From an uncultured Clostridia bacterium (lineage in GTDB: Bacteria; Bacillota; Clostridia; TANB77; CAG-508): a stretch of 64,000 nt of DNA. Numbering within the stretch: position 1 is the first letter of the stretch; each line of letters starts with the position of its first letter. The position numbers and the translations under genes are program-made. Below are positions 32,389-42,179 of the stretch, one piece after another. The notes under the pieces were generated by a model that saw only the letters and a program-made list of their open reading frames with translations, was not told where the DNA came from and ran no database searches. The DNA lies in NCBI GenBank assembly GCA_947628415.1, contig CANQZU010000001.1:3638-67637 (forward strand). The letters are read 5' to 3'.

Positions 32389-32395
32389 TTATCTT

Positions 32396-33238
32396 TTATT
32401 GATTATTTTCTCCTCTACCTTCTGGAAGTGCATCTGAATAATCTAATACAATTCTAATTCTAGTAATTGCTTTAATTGCTCTTACAAATTTACTCTTTTT
32501 AATTCTCTCCCATAAACTTGGTTTTGCTTCAAATGTAGTTTCTTGAATATATTGTTGTTCTTCTACAATAGGTTTGGCTATTTCTTGTTGTGCTACATTT
32601 TGTGCTGGTTCTTCAAGAGGTGTTGGAATTGATTTTAATGCATCTGCTATTTCAATGCCAATGTAACTTAATGCTTTAGAACGATCTTCTATTCTTTCCA
32701 TGTCAATTTCAATATGTAAATTAGACTCTAAATTATTAATTCTTGCATTTAACAATTTAACAGCATCTTGATAATTTTCAGATGTTTCCCCTTTTGCCTT
32801 TCCTACAATTGTTAATGTTTCAATAATATCTTCTGGGAAAATATTTTCTGCTTTTTTTACTTGTTCTTTCCAATCTTTTTCTTTGTTTTCTACGATATCT
32901 AGCAATTCCTTTAATTGACCTGCTGCTGCTATATTTTGTTCTCTTTGTCTAATTAATTCTTCTATTTTCTTTGTATTTTCTTCGAATTGATTAGTAGCAA
33001 ATTCTACTAATCCATATGCTGCTTTATAAACACTAGCAGGGAAATTCTTCTTTTTAGGATATTCAATTAAATAAGTCTTTATTGATTCAATTAAGTCCTT
33101 AAAATAAGAGTCATCTTCTAATTGTACAATTTGTTTTTTACTTTTTGGATTAATTAATCTTTGTACTTTATCTATATTAAATAATATCTTTTCCTCTGTA
33201 ATAACCATTCTAACATTTACTATGCCTGATTTTGACAT
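32396..33238 (-). CDS. hypothetical coiled-coil protein
   Basis: 280-aa ORF with RBS; no family recognised. Confidence 0.4.
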   Translation of the reverse strand: MSKSGIVNVRMVITEEKILFNIDKVQRLINPKSKKQIVQLEDDSYFKDLIESIKTYLIEYPKKKNFPASVYKAAYGLVEFATNQFEENTKKIEELIRQREQNIAAAGQLKELLDIVENKEKDWKEQVKKAENIFPEDIIETLTIVGKAKGETSENYQDAVKLLNARINNLESNLHIEIDMERIEDRSKALSYIGIEIADALKSIPTPLEEPAQNVAQQEIAKPIVEEQQYIQETTFEAKPSLWERIKKSKFVRAIKAITRIRIVLDYSDALPEGRGENNQ

Positions 33239-33450
33239 TGCAATGTACCTCCTTTTATCTTACGCGTACTTGTTTTTTACCTTTTCTTTTATAATTATAC
33301 ATGAACAAACAAGAAACTACAAGTAATTTTGTAAAAATTTTTTTTAAATTTTTATTACGTAAATATTACAATAATATTACAAAATATTTTTTATTTCGAC
33401 AATTCTTATTTCTTTTTTCCGTAAGCATTTTTCTTCTTTCTTTTCCCATT

Positions 33451-33494
33451 TAAAATGTTGTTATCCTTAATTTAATATTAGATAACAACATTTT
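33451..33494 (-). terminator. intrinsic terminator after the acyl-CoA ligase gene
   Basis: 14-bp stem aaaatgttgttatc / gataacaacatttt. Confidence 0.7.
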
Positions 33495-33497
33495 CTT

Positions 33498-35216
33498 TTA
33501 ATTTAATACTGTCTTTATTTCTTCAAATCTTTTTATTTTCTGCGTAGTAGTTTTTATTAGGTCTTCTTTTGTAATAGTGATTTCCCTTATATATTTATAA
33601 GCAGGCATAGTTTTATTTACTTTCTTTACTTCTTGCCAGATTTTTTCTTTTAGTTCATCTTCATTAGTTGTTCCATAAATTTCTTCTACTAATTCAGAAT
33701 CGTATACAATTTTGGCACAAATTTTATAATCCCCATCATTTTCTGGTTTTCCATAAACAAAACTTTCTTTAACTCCTTCTATCTTATTAATTAAAGTTTC
33801 TAGCTCTTCTGGATAAATATTTTTTCCGTTTTTTAATACAATAACATATTTCTTTCTTCCTGAAATAAAGATATATCCGTCTTTATCTATTTTTGCTAAA
33901 TCTCCTGTATGTAACCAACCTTCTTTATCAATAGTTTCTTTAGTTGCTTCTTCATTGTTGTAATATCCAAGCATTACAGATGGTCCTTTAACTGTTAGTT
34001 CTCCAATTCCTTCACTGTTAGCATCTACTATTTTTACGTCAAGACTTGGAAAAGCTTTCCCAATTGAGCCGAGTCTTCGATATTTATCATCCTCTGCAGC
34101 AATTACTGGTGAAGTTTCTGTTAATCCATATCCTTGATATAGATTAAATCCTAATTCATTAAATCCTTTTTCTGTTTCAGGATCTAATGCTGCCCCTCCT
34201 GCTACGAATAGTTTTACTTTCCCTCCTAAATTATCATGAATTTCTTTAAATAGTTTTTTTCGAATATCAATGCCAAATTTTAATAAAAATTGGCTTATTT
34301 TTATTCCAGTTTGTACCGTTTTTAATTTTCCTTTTTTCTCAATTGTTTTCATAACCTTTTTATACATAGCTTCAAAAAGAATTGGAACAGAAATCATAGT
34401 TGTAACTTTATATTCTTTTATATTATCTGCAATATGCCTGATTCCTTCACAAAATGCTATTGTACTACCTTTTGAAATTGGATAAAGAAATCCTGTAGTA
34501 GATTCAAAAGTATGATGTAAAGGTAAAAATGATAAAAATGTGTGGTTTTCATCTACTTTAATTGTAGAAGCTATATCAAACAGATTACTACATATATTTT
34601 TGTGAGAAAGCATAACTGCTTTTGACATGGCCGTAGTTCCTGATGTAAATAGCATAATTTGCATGTCTTCATTATCAATTTTTGCATCTAGAAACTCACG
34701 GTTTCCTTCTTCAATTAATTTTTTTCCTTGTTCAATTAATTCTTTTTGTGAATATATATCATCCTCTTTATTTTTTAGGTCCATAGAAATGAAATATTTA
34801 ACATTTGTAGTGTTTTTTTGCCTAATTTCTTTCATGACTTCATCATATTGTTTTGAATAAAAGATAGCTTCTACTTCTGAACGAATCATCAAACTTTCGA
34901 TTTCATTATTTGGCAAAGCTTTATCTAAAGGAACAACAATTCCAGTTCCAGTAACTATTGCTAAATAAGCTACTCCCCATTCGTAACGATTTTCTGATAT
35001 TACAGCAATTCGTTTGTCTTTTAATCCTATTTTTATTAGTGATGTTCCTAAAGAATTAATATCTTCTCTAAATTCTTTATGCGTAATATAAGTAAACTTT
35101 TCAGGATCTTGTGTTTTAAATTTATAAGCTGGTTTTTCACCAAATTTTTCTCCTGTTTTTTGTAACATTTCTTTAAGATTTTCATATTTTTCTGTTTTAT
35201 GAATTGGCTCTCTCAT
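33498..35216 (-). CDS. long-chain fatty acid-CoA ligase (AMP-binding family)
   Basis: AMP-binding motif MLFTSGTTAMSKAVMLSH, YGLTET, TGDLAKIDKDGYIFISGRKK. Confidence 0.85.
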   Translation of the reverse strand: MREPIHKTEKYENLKEMLQKTGEKFGEKPAYKFKTQDPEKFTYITHKEFREDINSLGTSLIKIGLKDKRIAVISENRYEWGVAYLAIVTGTGIVVPLDKALPNNEIESLMIRSEVEAIFYSKQYDEVMKEIRQKNTTNVKYFISMDLKNKEDDIYSQKELIEQGKKLIEEGNREFLDAKIDNEDMQIMLFTSGTTAMSKAVMLSHKNICSNLFDIASTIKVDENHTFLSFLPLHHTFESTTGFLYPISKGSTIAFCEGIRHIADNIKEYKVTTMISVPILFEAMYKKVMKTIEKKGKLKTVQTGIKISQFLLKFGIDIRKKLFKEIHDNLGGKVKLFVAGGAALDPETEKGFNELGFNLYQGYGLTETSPVIAAEDDKYRRLGSIGKAFPSLDVKIVDANSEGIGELTVKGPSVMLGYYNNEEATKETIDKEGWLHTGDLAKIDKDGYIFISGRKKYVIVLKNGKNIYPEELETLINKIEGVKESFVYGKPENDGDYKICAKIVYDSELVEEIYGTTNEDELKEKIWQEVKKVNKTMPAYKYIREITITKEDLIKTTTQKIKRFEEIKTVLN

Positions 35217-35782
35217 TTTACCCTCAACCCTTCTATTACTGTATTTTCAAATTCTTTAAAAAGTTTCATAATGTCGATTTCTTCTTTGCTTCTTACTTTA
35301 TAAACTAAACTAGAACAAATTAGTCCATAAATTTCAGAGGCAATTGCTTGTGGATTTCCTTGTTTGATTTGTCCTTTTTGAATTCCTTCTTCTACTATTT
35401 TTTCAATTTTATGGACATATTCTAAAATGTTTTTTTGACACATCTGGTGTCTTTGTTCCTGTCCCCAAAATTGGCTTAATAGTATAGTAATTAAATCTTC
35501 ATATTTTACAACAATTTTTATTTGTATTAGTACAATAGCTTTTATTTTATCTATATAATTAGAAAACTTTGCTGTTTTGATGTCAATACTATTTTGTAAT
35601 AGTTTAATTCCTTCTTCTACCAGAAAATTAAAAATTTCTTCTTTGCTAGAAAAATGATAATACAACGTTCCTTTAGCAACACCTACTGTTGCTGTTATAT
35701 CTTCGATACTGGTTGCATCATATCCTTTTTCAGCAAATAATTTCATTGATGTTTCAAATATTTTTCTTTTGGTTTTGTTCAT
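35213..35782 (-). CDS. TetR/AcrR family transcriptional regulator
   Basis: N-terminal HTH TSIEDITATVGVAKGTLYYHFSSKEEI; overlaps the ligase gene by 4 nt. Confidence 0.85.
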   Translation of the reverse strand: MNKTKRKIFETSMKLFAEKGYDATSIEDITATVGVAKGTLYYHFSSKEEIFNFLVEEGIKLLQNSIDIKTAKFSNYIDKIKAIVLIQIKIVVKYEDLITILLSQFWGQEQRHQMCQKNILEYVHKIEKIVEEGIQKGQIKQGNPQAIASEIYGLICSSLVYKVRSKEEIDIMKLFKEFENTVIEGLRVK

Positions 35783-35995
35783 ATTTTTAGTAGTCGCCCC
35801 CTTAAGAAAATTTGAATTTTATTTTTCTTATTATATCTTGTATTATATTTTTTTGCAATAGTTTTTCTTGTTTTCGACGATACGTTCGACTTAAAATTTT
35901 CTTTATTTTTTTAAGATATTTTCTTTACTTTTTTTGCTAACTAATATAAAATAACTTTAAGTTGGATATAATAAGAAAAAAATTGGAGGAAACAA

Positions 35996-38384
35996 ATGAA
36001 AAATAAAAATGAATTAAGTTATAAAGAATTAAAAATGACTTGTCCACCTAATTTATTTAAATTTGATACCACTGAAGATTTAGAATCTATACAATCTGGT
36101 ATTGGACAAGACCGTGGTATTAAAGCATTAGAATTTGGTTTACAAGTAGATGTAAAAGGATATAACTTATATCTAGAAGGACCTAGTCGGAGTTGGAAAA
36201 ACCATGTATACTAGAAATTACCTTGATAAGATTGCTCCAAAGAAGAAAACTCCTTCTGATTGGTGTTATATTTATAATTTTAAAAATCCAAATGAACCAA
36301 TTGCCGTTGAATTACCAGCTGGACAAGGAAAGAATTTTAAAGATTCTATGGATGGATTTATTAAAGAAATTCGAAAAGATATCCAAAAAACTTTTAATAA
36401 TGATGATTTTGAAAAAGAAAAAGCTTTAATTAAGCAAGAATTTGAAGTAAAGCGTTCTGCTTTATTAGATAAATTAAATCAAGATGCTTCTAAATATAAT
36501 TTTCAAGTAAAAGCTGCTCAAAACGGTATTTATATGATGCCTATTGTAGATGGCAAAGCAATTGAAGAAGAAGAATTTGAAAAATTAGATGAAAAAATCA
36601 AACAAGAGTATGAAGAAAAATCTGTATTTGTACAAGAACAAATTATGGAAGTTATTGGTCAAATTAAGGAAATCGAGCGTCAATCTGATAAAAAGATTTC
36701 AGAATGGCAATCTAATGTTGCTTTACTTACTGTAAATGCTCATATTAATTTTTTGAAATCTAATTATAAAAGAAATAAGAAGATTAATCAATTTTTAAAT
36801 GATGTTAAACAAGATGTTTTAAAAAATATTCCTGTATTTTTAGAAGATGAAACAACAAAATCTAACCAACCACAGGGACCTAATCAAAAGAAACCAGATC
36901 CTTGTTTAAATTATCGTGTTAATTTATTTATCGATAATTCTAATTTAGAAGGTGCTCCTGTTATTATGGATTCGAATTATTCTTATCATAATATTTTTGG
37001 CTCTTTGGAATATGAAAATTATTATGGTTCTTTAAAAACAGACCATACTATGCTAAAACCTGGTCTTATGCAAAGAGCTAATGGTGGTTATATTATCTTT
37101 CAAGCTAAAGATTTGCTTGCTAATCCTATGTGTTATGAAGCTTTAAAAAAAGCTTTAAGAGTAAAAGAATTAAGTATAGAAAATACAGCTGATCAACGTT
37201 CTTCTATGGTACTTATATCACTAAAGCCTGAACCAATTCCTTTAAATTTGAAGGTTATTTTAATTGGTAGTAGCAGTATTTATCAAACTTTACTTGCTAT
37301 GGATTCTGATTTTAGAAAACTATTTAAAATTAAAGTAGAATTTGAAGATGATGCTCAAATTAATTCAGAAAACCTTCAAAAGCTATCTCAAATTGTCCAT
37401 GGATTTTGTGTTCATGAAGAACTACCTCATTTGGACAGAAGTGGTATGGCACGTTTAGTTGAATATGGTTCTAAATTAGCAGGAAGCCACTATAAAGTTT
37501 CTACTCGATTTGATGATTTGATGCAAGTAGTAGGAGAAGCTGGTACTTGGGCTAAAATTGCTAAATCTAAAGTAGTAACTGCTGAATTTATTGATAAAGC
37601 TTTAAATGAGAGAATTGAACGAGTAAAAAAATATGATAGTAAGTATCTAGAAATGATAAAAGAAAATACATTATTAATTAATACTACTGGTTTTGAAGTA
37701 GGAGAACTAAATGGCTTAACTGTTATGACAATTGGTGATTATACATTTGGAAAACCTGCTAAAATTACTGTTAATACTTATACTGGAAAAAATGGAATTG
37801 TTAATATTGAAAGAGAAGTAGAAATTTCTGGTCCTTCTCATTCCAAAGGAGTTCTTATTTTATCTGGTTATTTAGGTGAAATGTTTGCTCAAGATATTCC
37901 TTTATGTTTAACTGCTAGTATTTGCTTTGAGCAATTATACAATGGTGTAGACGGTGATAGTGCTTCTAGTACTGAATTATATGGTTTACTTTCTAGTTTA
38001 TCTGGTATTCCTATCAATCAATCTATTGCTGTAACTGGTTCTGTAAATCAAAAAGGTCAAATCCAACCAATTGGTGGTGTAAATGAAAAAATAGAAGGAT
38101 TTTTCCAAATTTGTAAAATGAGAGGATTAGACGGTTCACATGGTGTTATGATACCAATTCAAAATGTCGATAATTTGCAATTATCAGATGAAATTATTGA
38201 AGCCGTAAAAAATAAACAATTCCATATTTATTCTGTCTCTACTATTGAAGAAGGAATTGAAGTTTTAACTGGCGTGCCAGCTGGTAAAAAAGATAAAAAT
38301 GGACATTTCCCAGCAGGTACTATTAATTATTTAGTTTATGAAAAATTAAAAAAATATGCTCAAATTAGTGAGAAAAGAGATTAA
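35996..38384 (+). CDS. Lon-like AAA+ protease (LonC-type with helical insert, S16 protease domain); needs +1 shift at in-frame CGG 36188..36190
   Basis: ORF 35996..36214 ends ..GYNLYLEGPSRSWKNHVY*. ORF 36204..38384 carries the rest, including the C-terminal Lon protease domain (DGDSASSTE..TGSVNQKGQIQPIGGVNEKIEGF). AGT-CGG-A read as S-G restores Walker A GPSGVGKT. Confidence 0.85.
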
Positions 38385-38398
38385 TTCTCTTTTCTCTT

Positions 38399-38788
38399 TT
38401 AAAATATATTTTGCAAGTTAAATGCATATTTATCTTCAATATGTTTTAATAAAAAAACACTTTTATCAATTTCACTTGTTGAATCTTGATATTCTTGTGT
38501 TTCAATATGACTTTTTATAGCTGTTAATTCTATTTCTATTTTTTCTAATTCATTATGTTCAATATAATAAGCTAATTTATCATGTTTTTCCTTCCATTCT
38601 TTTTCTATTTTTTCTGTTTCTTTTTTTGCTTTTTCGTTATCTATTTCTGTTTTTGTAATTTCATCTCTTAAAGATAATAAATTTTGTGATAATTCATCTA
38701 CTGATTTTTTAGAATAATTTTGTGTAATAGCATTTCCAAAAAAAATGGCAACGACAAGGACTACACAAATAACTGTTTCTTTAACCAT
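38399..38788 (-). CDS. DUF4363-like small membrane-anchored protein
   Basis: The ATG at 38788 follows a GGAGAG RBS and the DUF421 stop. One TM then a helical domain. Usual partner of DUF421 genes. Confidence 0.5.
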   Translation of the reverse strand: MVKETVICVVLVVAIFFGNAITQNYSKKSVDELSQNLLSLRDEITKTEIDNEKAKKETEKIEKEWKEKHDKLAYYIEHNELEKIEIELTAIKSHIETQEYQDSTSEIDKSVFLLKHIEDKYAFNLQNIF

Positions 38789-38789
38789 T

Positions 38790-39461
38790 TTACTCTCCTT
38801 TTTTCTGACAAAAAATTTGTCCTTTTCCATCAATTGTTACAACTAAGGCTTCCTCTGGCTTCATTTTAAATTTTTCTACTTGATTTTTTAGCCAAGTATA
38901 GTTTTTTCCAATTTCTTTTAAATTTTTCTCCATAACTTTACCATCTACTACTAAATCATAAGGAATTCCTTCATAATCTGGTTGAATATTAAAATCTTCG
39001 GGAATAGTATTTCGTTTTTCTGGTTTTTGTATTACTGTTACTTCTCCACTAGTTTCTAATATGGCATATTCTACATCTCCTAGATTAACTACATTATTAG
39101 ATCTTAATCTTTCTTGTAATTCAGTAATAGTAAATCTTTCTTTTCTTAATGCTTTTTCATTAATTTTTCCTCTATAAATTAAAATTGTTGGTTTGCCACA
39201 AATAATTTCTCGCGCTTTTAAACTTTTTATATTAATAACAGAAATAATTAAATGCATAACCAAAAGTCCTAATATAGGAATAATACCATTAAAAATTGGT
39301 ACTCCAGTTTCTGTCATTGGAATGGAAGCTAAATCTGCTATCATAATAGAAATAGCTAATTCAAAAGGTTGCATTTGCCCAATTTCTCTTTTTCCCATAA
39401 ATCTCATAACAATTAAAACAATTATATATAAAATAATAGATCTAAAAAATGTAATTGACAT
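38790..39461 (-). CDS. DUF421 (YetF-like) membrane protein
   Basis: N-terminus ..YIIVLIVMRFMGKREIGQMQPFELAISIMIADLASIPM typical of the family. Confidence 0.7.
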   Translation of the reverse strand: MSITFFRSIILYIIVLIVMRFMGKREIGQMQPFELAISIMIADLASIPMTETGVPIFNGIIPILGLLVMHLIISVINIKSLKAREIICGKPTILIYRGKINEKALRKERFTITELQERLRSNNVVNLGDVEYAILETSGEVTVIQKPEKRNTIPEDFNIQPDYEGIPYDLVVDGKVMEKNLKEIGKNYTWLKNQVEKFKMKPEEALVVTIDGKGQIFCQKKGE

Positions 39462-39622
39462 TAAAACACCTACTTCTTATTTTTACTTTTTGTTTATTTT
39501 TTACAAAATTTAACTTTTTTATACGAGTTTTTTTGAATAAATATTTTTTTTTTGAGAATAATACTTTTAGAACCTTTAAAAATTTGACACAATGGATTTT
39601 TAATTCTAAGGAGGTTAGACTT

Positions 39623-39997
39623 ATGAATGAGGCTCAAGGAAATCAAACAAAGTCTGGTACTTCTACTGTATGGCAAATAATTGGTAGATTAGTTGCATCT
39701 GCAGTAGTATTAGCCATTACTGCATTTTTTACACCTGGATTTACCATTAATAATTTTTGGACTTTAGTTATTGCTGCTGTCGTCCTAACAGTTATTGATT
39801 ATTTAGTTATCAAATTTACTGGTTTACATGCTAGTCCTTTTGGTAAAGGTTTTGTAGGTTTCGCATTAGCAGCAATTATTTTATATGTAACGCAATTCTT
39901 CGTAGCAGGATATTCTATATCGTGGATTGCTGCTATCATTGGTGCATTAATTTATGGTGTAGTTGATTACTTTATTCCAGGAAATCAACAAATGTAG
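39623..39997 (+). CDS. small 4-TM membrane protein (phage-holin-4-like fold family; function unknown)
   Basis: AAGGAGG RBS before the ATG at 39623. The longer track ORF from 39455 covers an AT-rich promoter region. Confidence 0.5.
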   Translation: MNEAQGNQTKSGTSTVWQIIGRLVASAVVLAITAFFTPGFTINNFWTLVIAAVVLTVIDYLVIKFTGLHASPFGKGFVGFALAAIILYVTQFFVAGYSISWIAAIIGALIYGVVDYFIPGNQQM

Positions 39998-40003
39998 CTT
40001 AAC

Positions 40004-40045
40004 AAAAAGAAGTTATATCATTTAGTTTTGATATAACTTCTTTTT
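40004..40045. terminator. bidirectional intrinsic terminator
   Basis: 16-bp stem aaaaagaagttatatc / gatataacttcttttt. Confidence 0.8.
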
Positions 40046-40046
40046 G

Positions 40047-40715
40047 TTAATTTTTCTTTTTAACAATTTCGTTTTGATTTTTGTAAATACTATTTGATGG
40101 TATTACGCCTCTTACCGAAGATAATGGATAAATATTAGTATTTTTTCCAACAACTGTTCCAGGGTTTAAAACACTACTACATCCTACTTCTACTTCGTCT
40201 CCTATCATAGCACCAAATTTTTTAATTCCTGTTTCTATTTGTTCTTTTCCATTTTTAACAATTACTAATTTTTTATCTGATTTTACATTAGAAGTAATAG
40301 AACCTGCTCCCATATGTGCTTTATAGCCTAGGATTGAATCTCCTACATAGTTATAATGAGGCACTAGCGCTTTATTAAACAAAATGACATTTTTTAATTC
40401 TGTAGAATTTCCTACAACTGTTTCTTCTCCAACAATTACTTTTCCTCGAATAAAAGCACAATGTCTAATTTCTGCCTTTTCTCCAATAATGCATGGCCCT
40501 TGTATGTATGCACTTGGCATTATTTTAGCCGTTTTAGCAATCCATATATCTTCTCCTTTTTTTTCATATTTTTCAGGGTCTAATGTTTTTCCTAATTCTA
40601 TAATGTAATCCCCTATTTTATTTAATGCTTCCCATGGATAAGTTATGCTCTCTAATAATTTTTTTGCTATTGTTTCATTTAAATTATATAAATTATAAAC
40701 TTTACATTCTTCCAT
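40047..40715 (-). CDS. left-handed beta-helix (hexapeptide repeat) transferase-like protein
   Basis: Repeated [LIV]G..x[LIV] hexapeptide pattern (IGEKAEIRHCAFIRGKVIVGEETVVGNSTELKNVILF). Confidence 0.6.
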   Translation of the reverse strand: MEECKVYNLYNLNETIAKKLLESITYPWEALNKIGDYIIELGKTLDPEKYEKKGEDIWIAKTAKIMPSAYIQGPCIIGEKAEIRHCAFIRGKVIVGEETVVGNSTELKNVILFNKALVPHYNYVGDSILGYKAHMGAGSITSNVKSDKKLVIVKNGKEQIETGIKKFGAMIGDEVEVGCSSVLNPGTVVGKNTNIYPLSSVRGVIPSNSIYKNQNEIVKKKN

Positions 40716-40729
40716 CTTTTTTTCCTTTC

Positions 40730-41995
40730 TTAAAATTCTTTAGCTAATTTTTCTTGCTTTTTCCAGTATTTTTCGTACAATTCTTTGGCAGTTTTCGGAC
40801 TATCTACTCCATCTTTATTTTTAACTGGTGCAAAATCATCTTCTCTTTTTCCTCTTAAAATAGCAATATCATTAAAAAATTCAAATGCATCAAAAATAAA
40901 GGATTCAAATTTATAAGAGTTTGGCTCATCTGGTATAATTTCTTTTCCGTTTTCATCAATATATGAATTCTTCTTAAGAGCATGATGATACATTAGATTT
41001 TCTTTACTTACTTTTTCAATGGCATCAATTGTATAAAGGTTGCACATAATATGGGATTCTCCATATTTTAATTCTCCTTCATAATCGGTTTCTTCTGCCA
41101 TTTTTTCTGGAAGTTCTGCATATTCAATTACTTTTGGATGTCCATTCATTTTACAAAATACGCCTACTTTTTCATGAGGATTTGCTTTTACTACTGATTT
41201 AGAAGCAATAGAAACGCCTTTTTTAATTGCCATACCAAGTAAAGTAACATCTACCATTTTCAATAATACGTTATCTACTCCTCCAATAAAAACCCATTTA
41301 ATTCCTTTTTCTTTCATATCTGCTAAACATCCACTTAATCGAAGTGAAGCATAAGTTCCTCCATTTCCATCAGATGCTTCTTTAATTTTATTTTCTTTAC
41401 TAATCAATAATTTTCCTTGTTTATCTAATAATGGTAATTCTCCTTGCTTAAAAATAATGACATTTTCTTTTTCATAACCAAAATAATTATTTTTTTCTAA
41501 AAAATCTTCTGTCTCTTGGTTATTTTCTTGACTTGTCATTATATACCAAGGAATTTTCGTTTGATATTTTTCATTAGCTTGTTTTAAATTTTCTGCTAAA
41601 ATTTCAAATAAATATTTTCCTTTTCCATAAACATCTAACTTAAAAGTTCCTTTTGGTCCAGAAAATCCTAATCTTGTTCCTTGTCCTCCTGCCATAGTTA
41701 CAACAGCATATTCTCCATTTCTAACTACTTTTTCTCCTAAAGAGTCAAATTCTGCTTTTTGATCTGGAGATAATTTTGCTTTATCTAAGTAATTAATATT
41801 TTCAATTTTGTTTTCTTTAATTGCAATTTCTTTTTTGGTATTGCTATATAATTCCATAATTTGATGAAAATCAATATGATTAATTTGTTCTATTAATTCT
41901 TCTTTTTCTTTTCCTTCTAATTTTTTTAGTAATTTTATAATATGATCTTGATTATACATTTTTAATATTTCTATTGTATCTTGTATTTTATCCAT
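40730..41995 (-). CDS. UDP-sugar / UDP-N-acetylhexosamine pyrophosphorylase (UDPGP/UAP family)
   Basis: VTMAGGQGTRLGFSGPKGTF and later SDGNGG, IGGVDNVL motifs typical of UDPGP-family enzymes. Confidence 0.75.
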   Translation of the reverse strand: MDKIQDTIEILKMYNQDHIIKLLKKLEGKEKEELIEQINHIDFHQIMELYSNTKKEIAIKENKIENINYLDKAKLSPDQKAEFDSLGEKVVRNGEYAVVTMAGGQGTRLGFSGPKGTFKLDVYGKGKYLFEILAENLKQANEKYQTKIPWYIMTSQENNQETEDFLEKNNYFGYEKENVIIFKQGELPLLDKQGKLLISKENKIKEASDGNGGTYASLRLSGCLADMKEKGIKWVFIGGVDNVLLKMVDVTLLGMAIKKGVSIASKSVVKANPHEKVGVFCKMNGHPKVIEYAELPEKMAEETDYEGELKYGESHIMCNLYTIDAIEKVSKENLMYHHALKKNSYIDENGKEIIPDEPNSYKFESFIFDAFEFFNDIAILRGKREDDFAPVKNKDGVDSPKTAKELYEKYWKKQEKLAKEF

Positions 41996-42179
41996 TCTTT
42001 TTACATTCCTTTCAGTCCATATTAATTTTTGCTATATTATATGATATTCTATCATATCTGTTTCTAATTATCAAGTTTTTAAAACAAACTTGTCATATTC
42101 TAAAAAATTGCTCCATATATATTAACAAAGTAATTTTGTACAAACATTTTGGAGTTAAGAATTAAAAGGAGGTATATAG

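Noticed and set aside
39455-39622. 5' extension of the membrane-protein ORF (track start 39455)
   Set aside because: The extension encodes low-complexity Phe/Asn/Lys-rich sequence across an AT-rich promoter-like region. A strong AAGGAGG RBS precedes the internal ATG at 39623.
39623-39997. Holin-like membrane protein as evidence of a prophage
   Set aside because: No endolysin, capsid, tail, integrase or other phage genes are nearby. The gene stands alone between a DUF421 gene and sugar-nucleotide genes.
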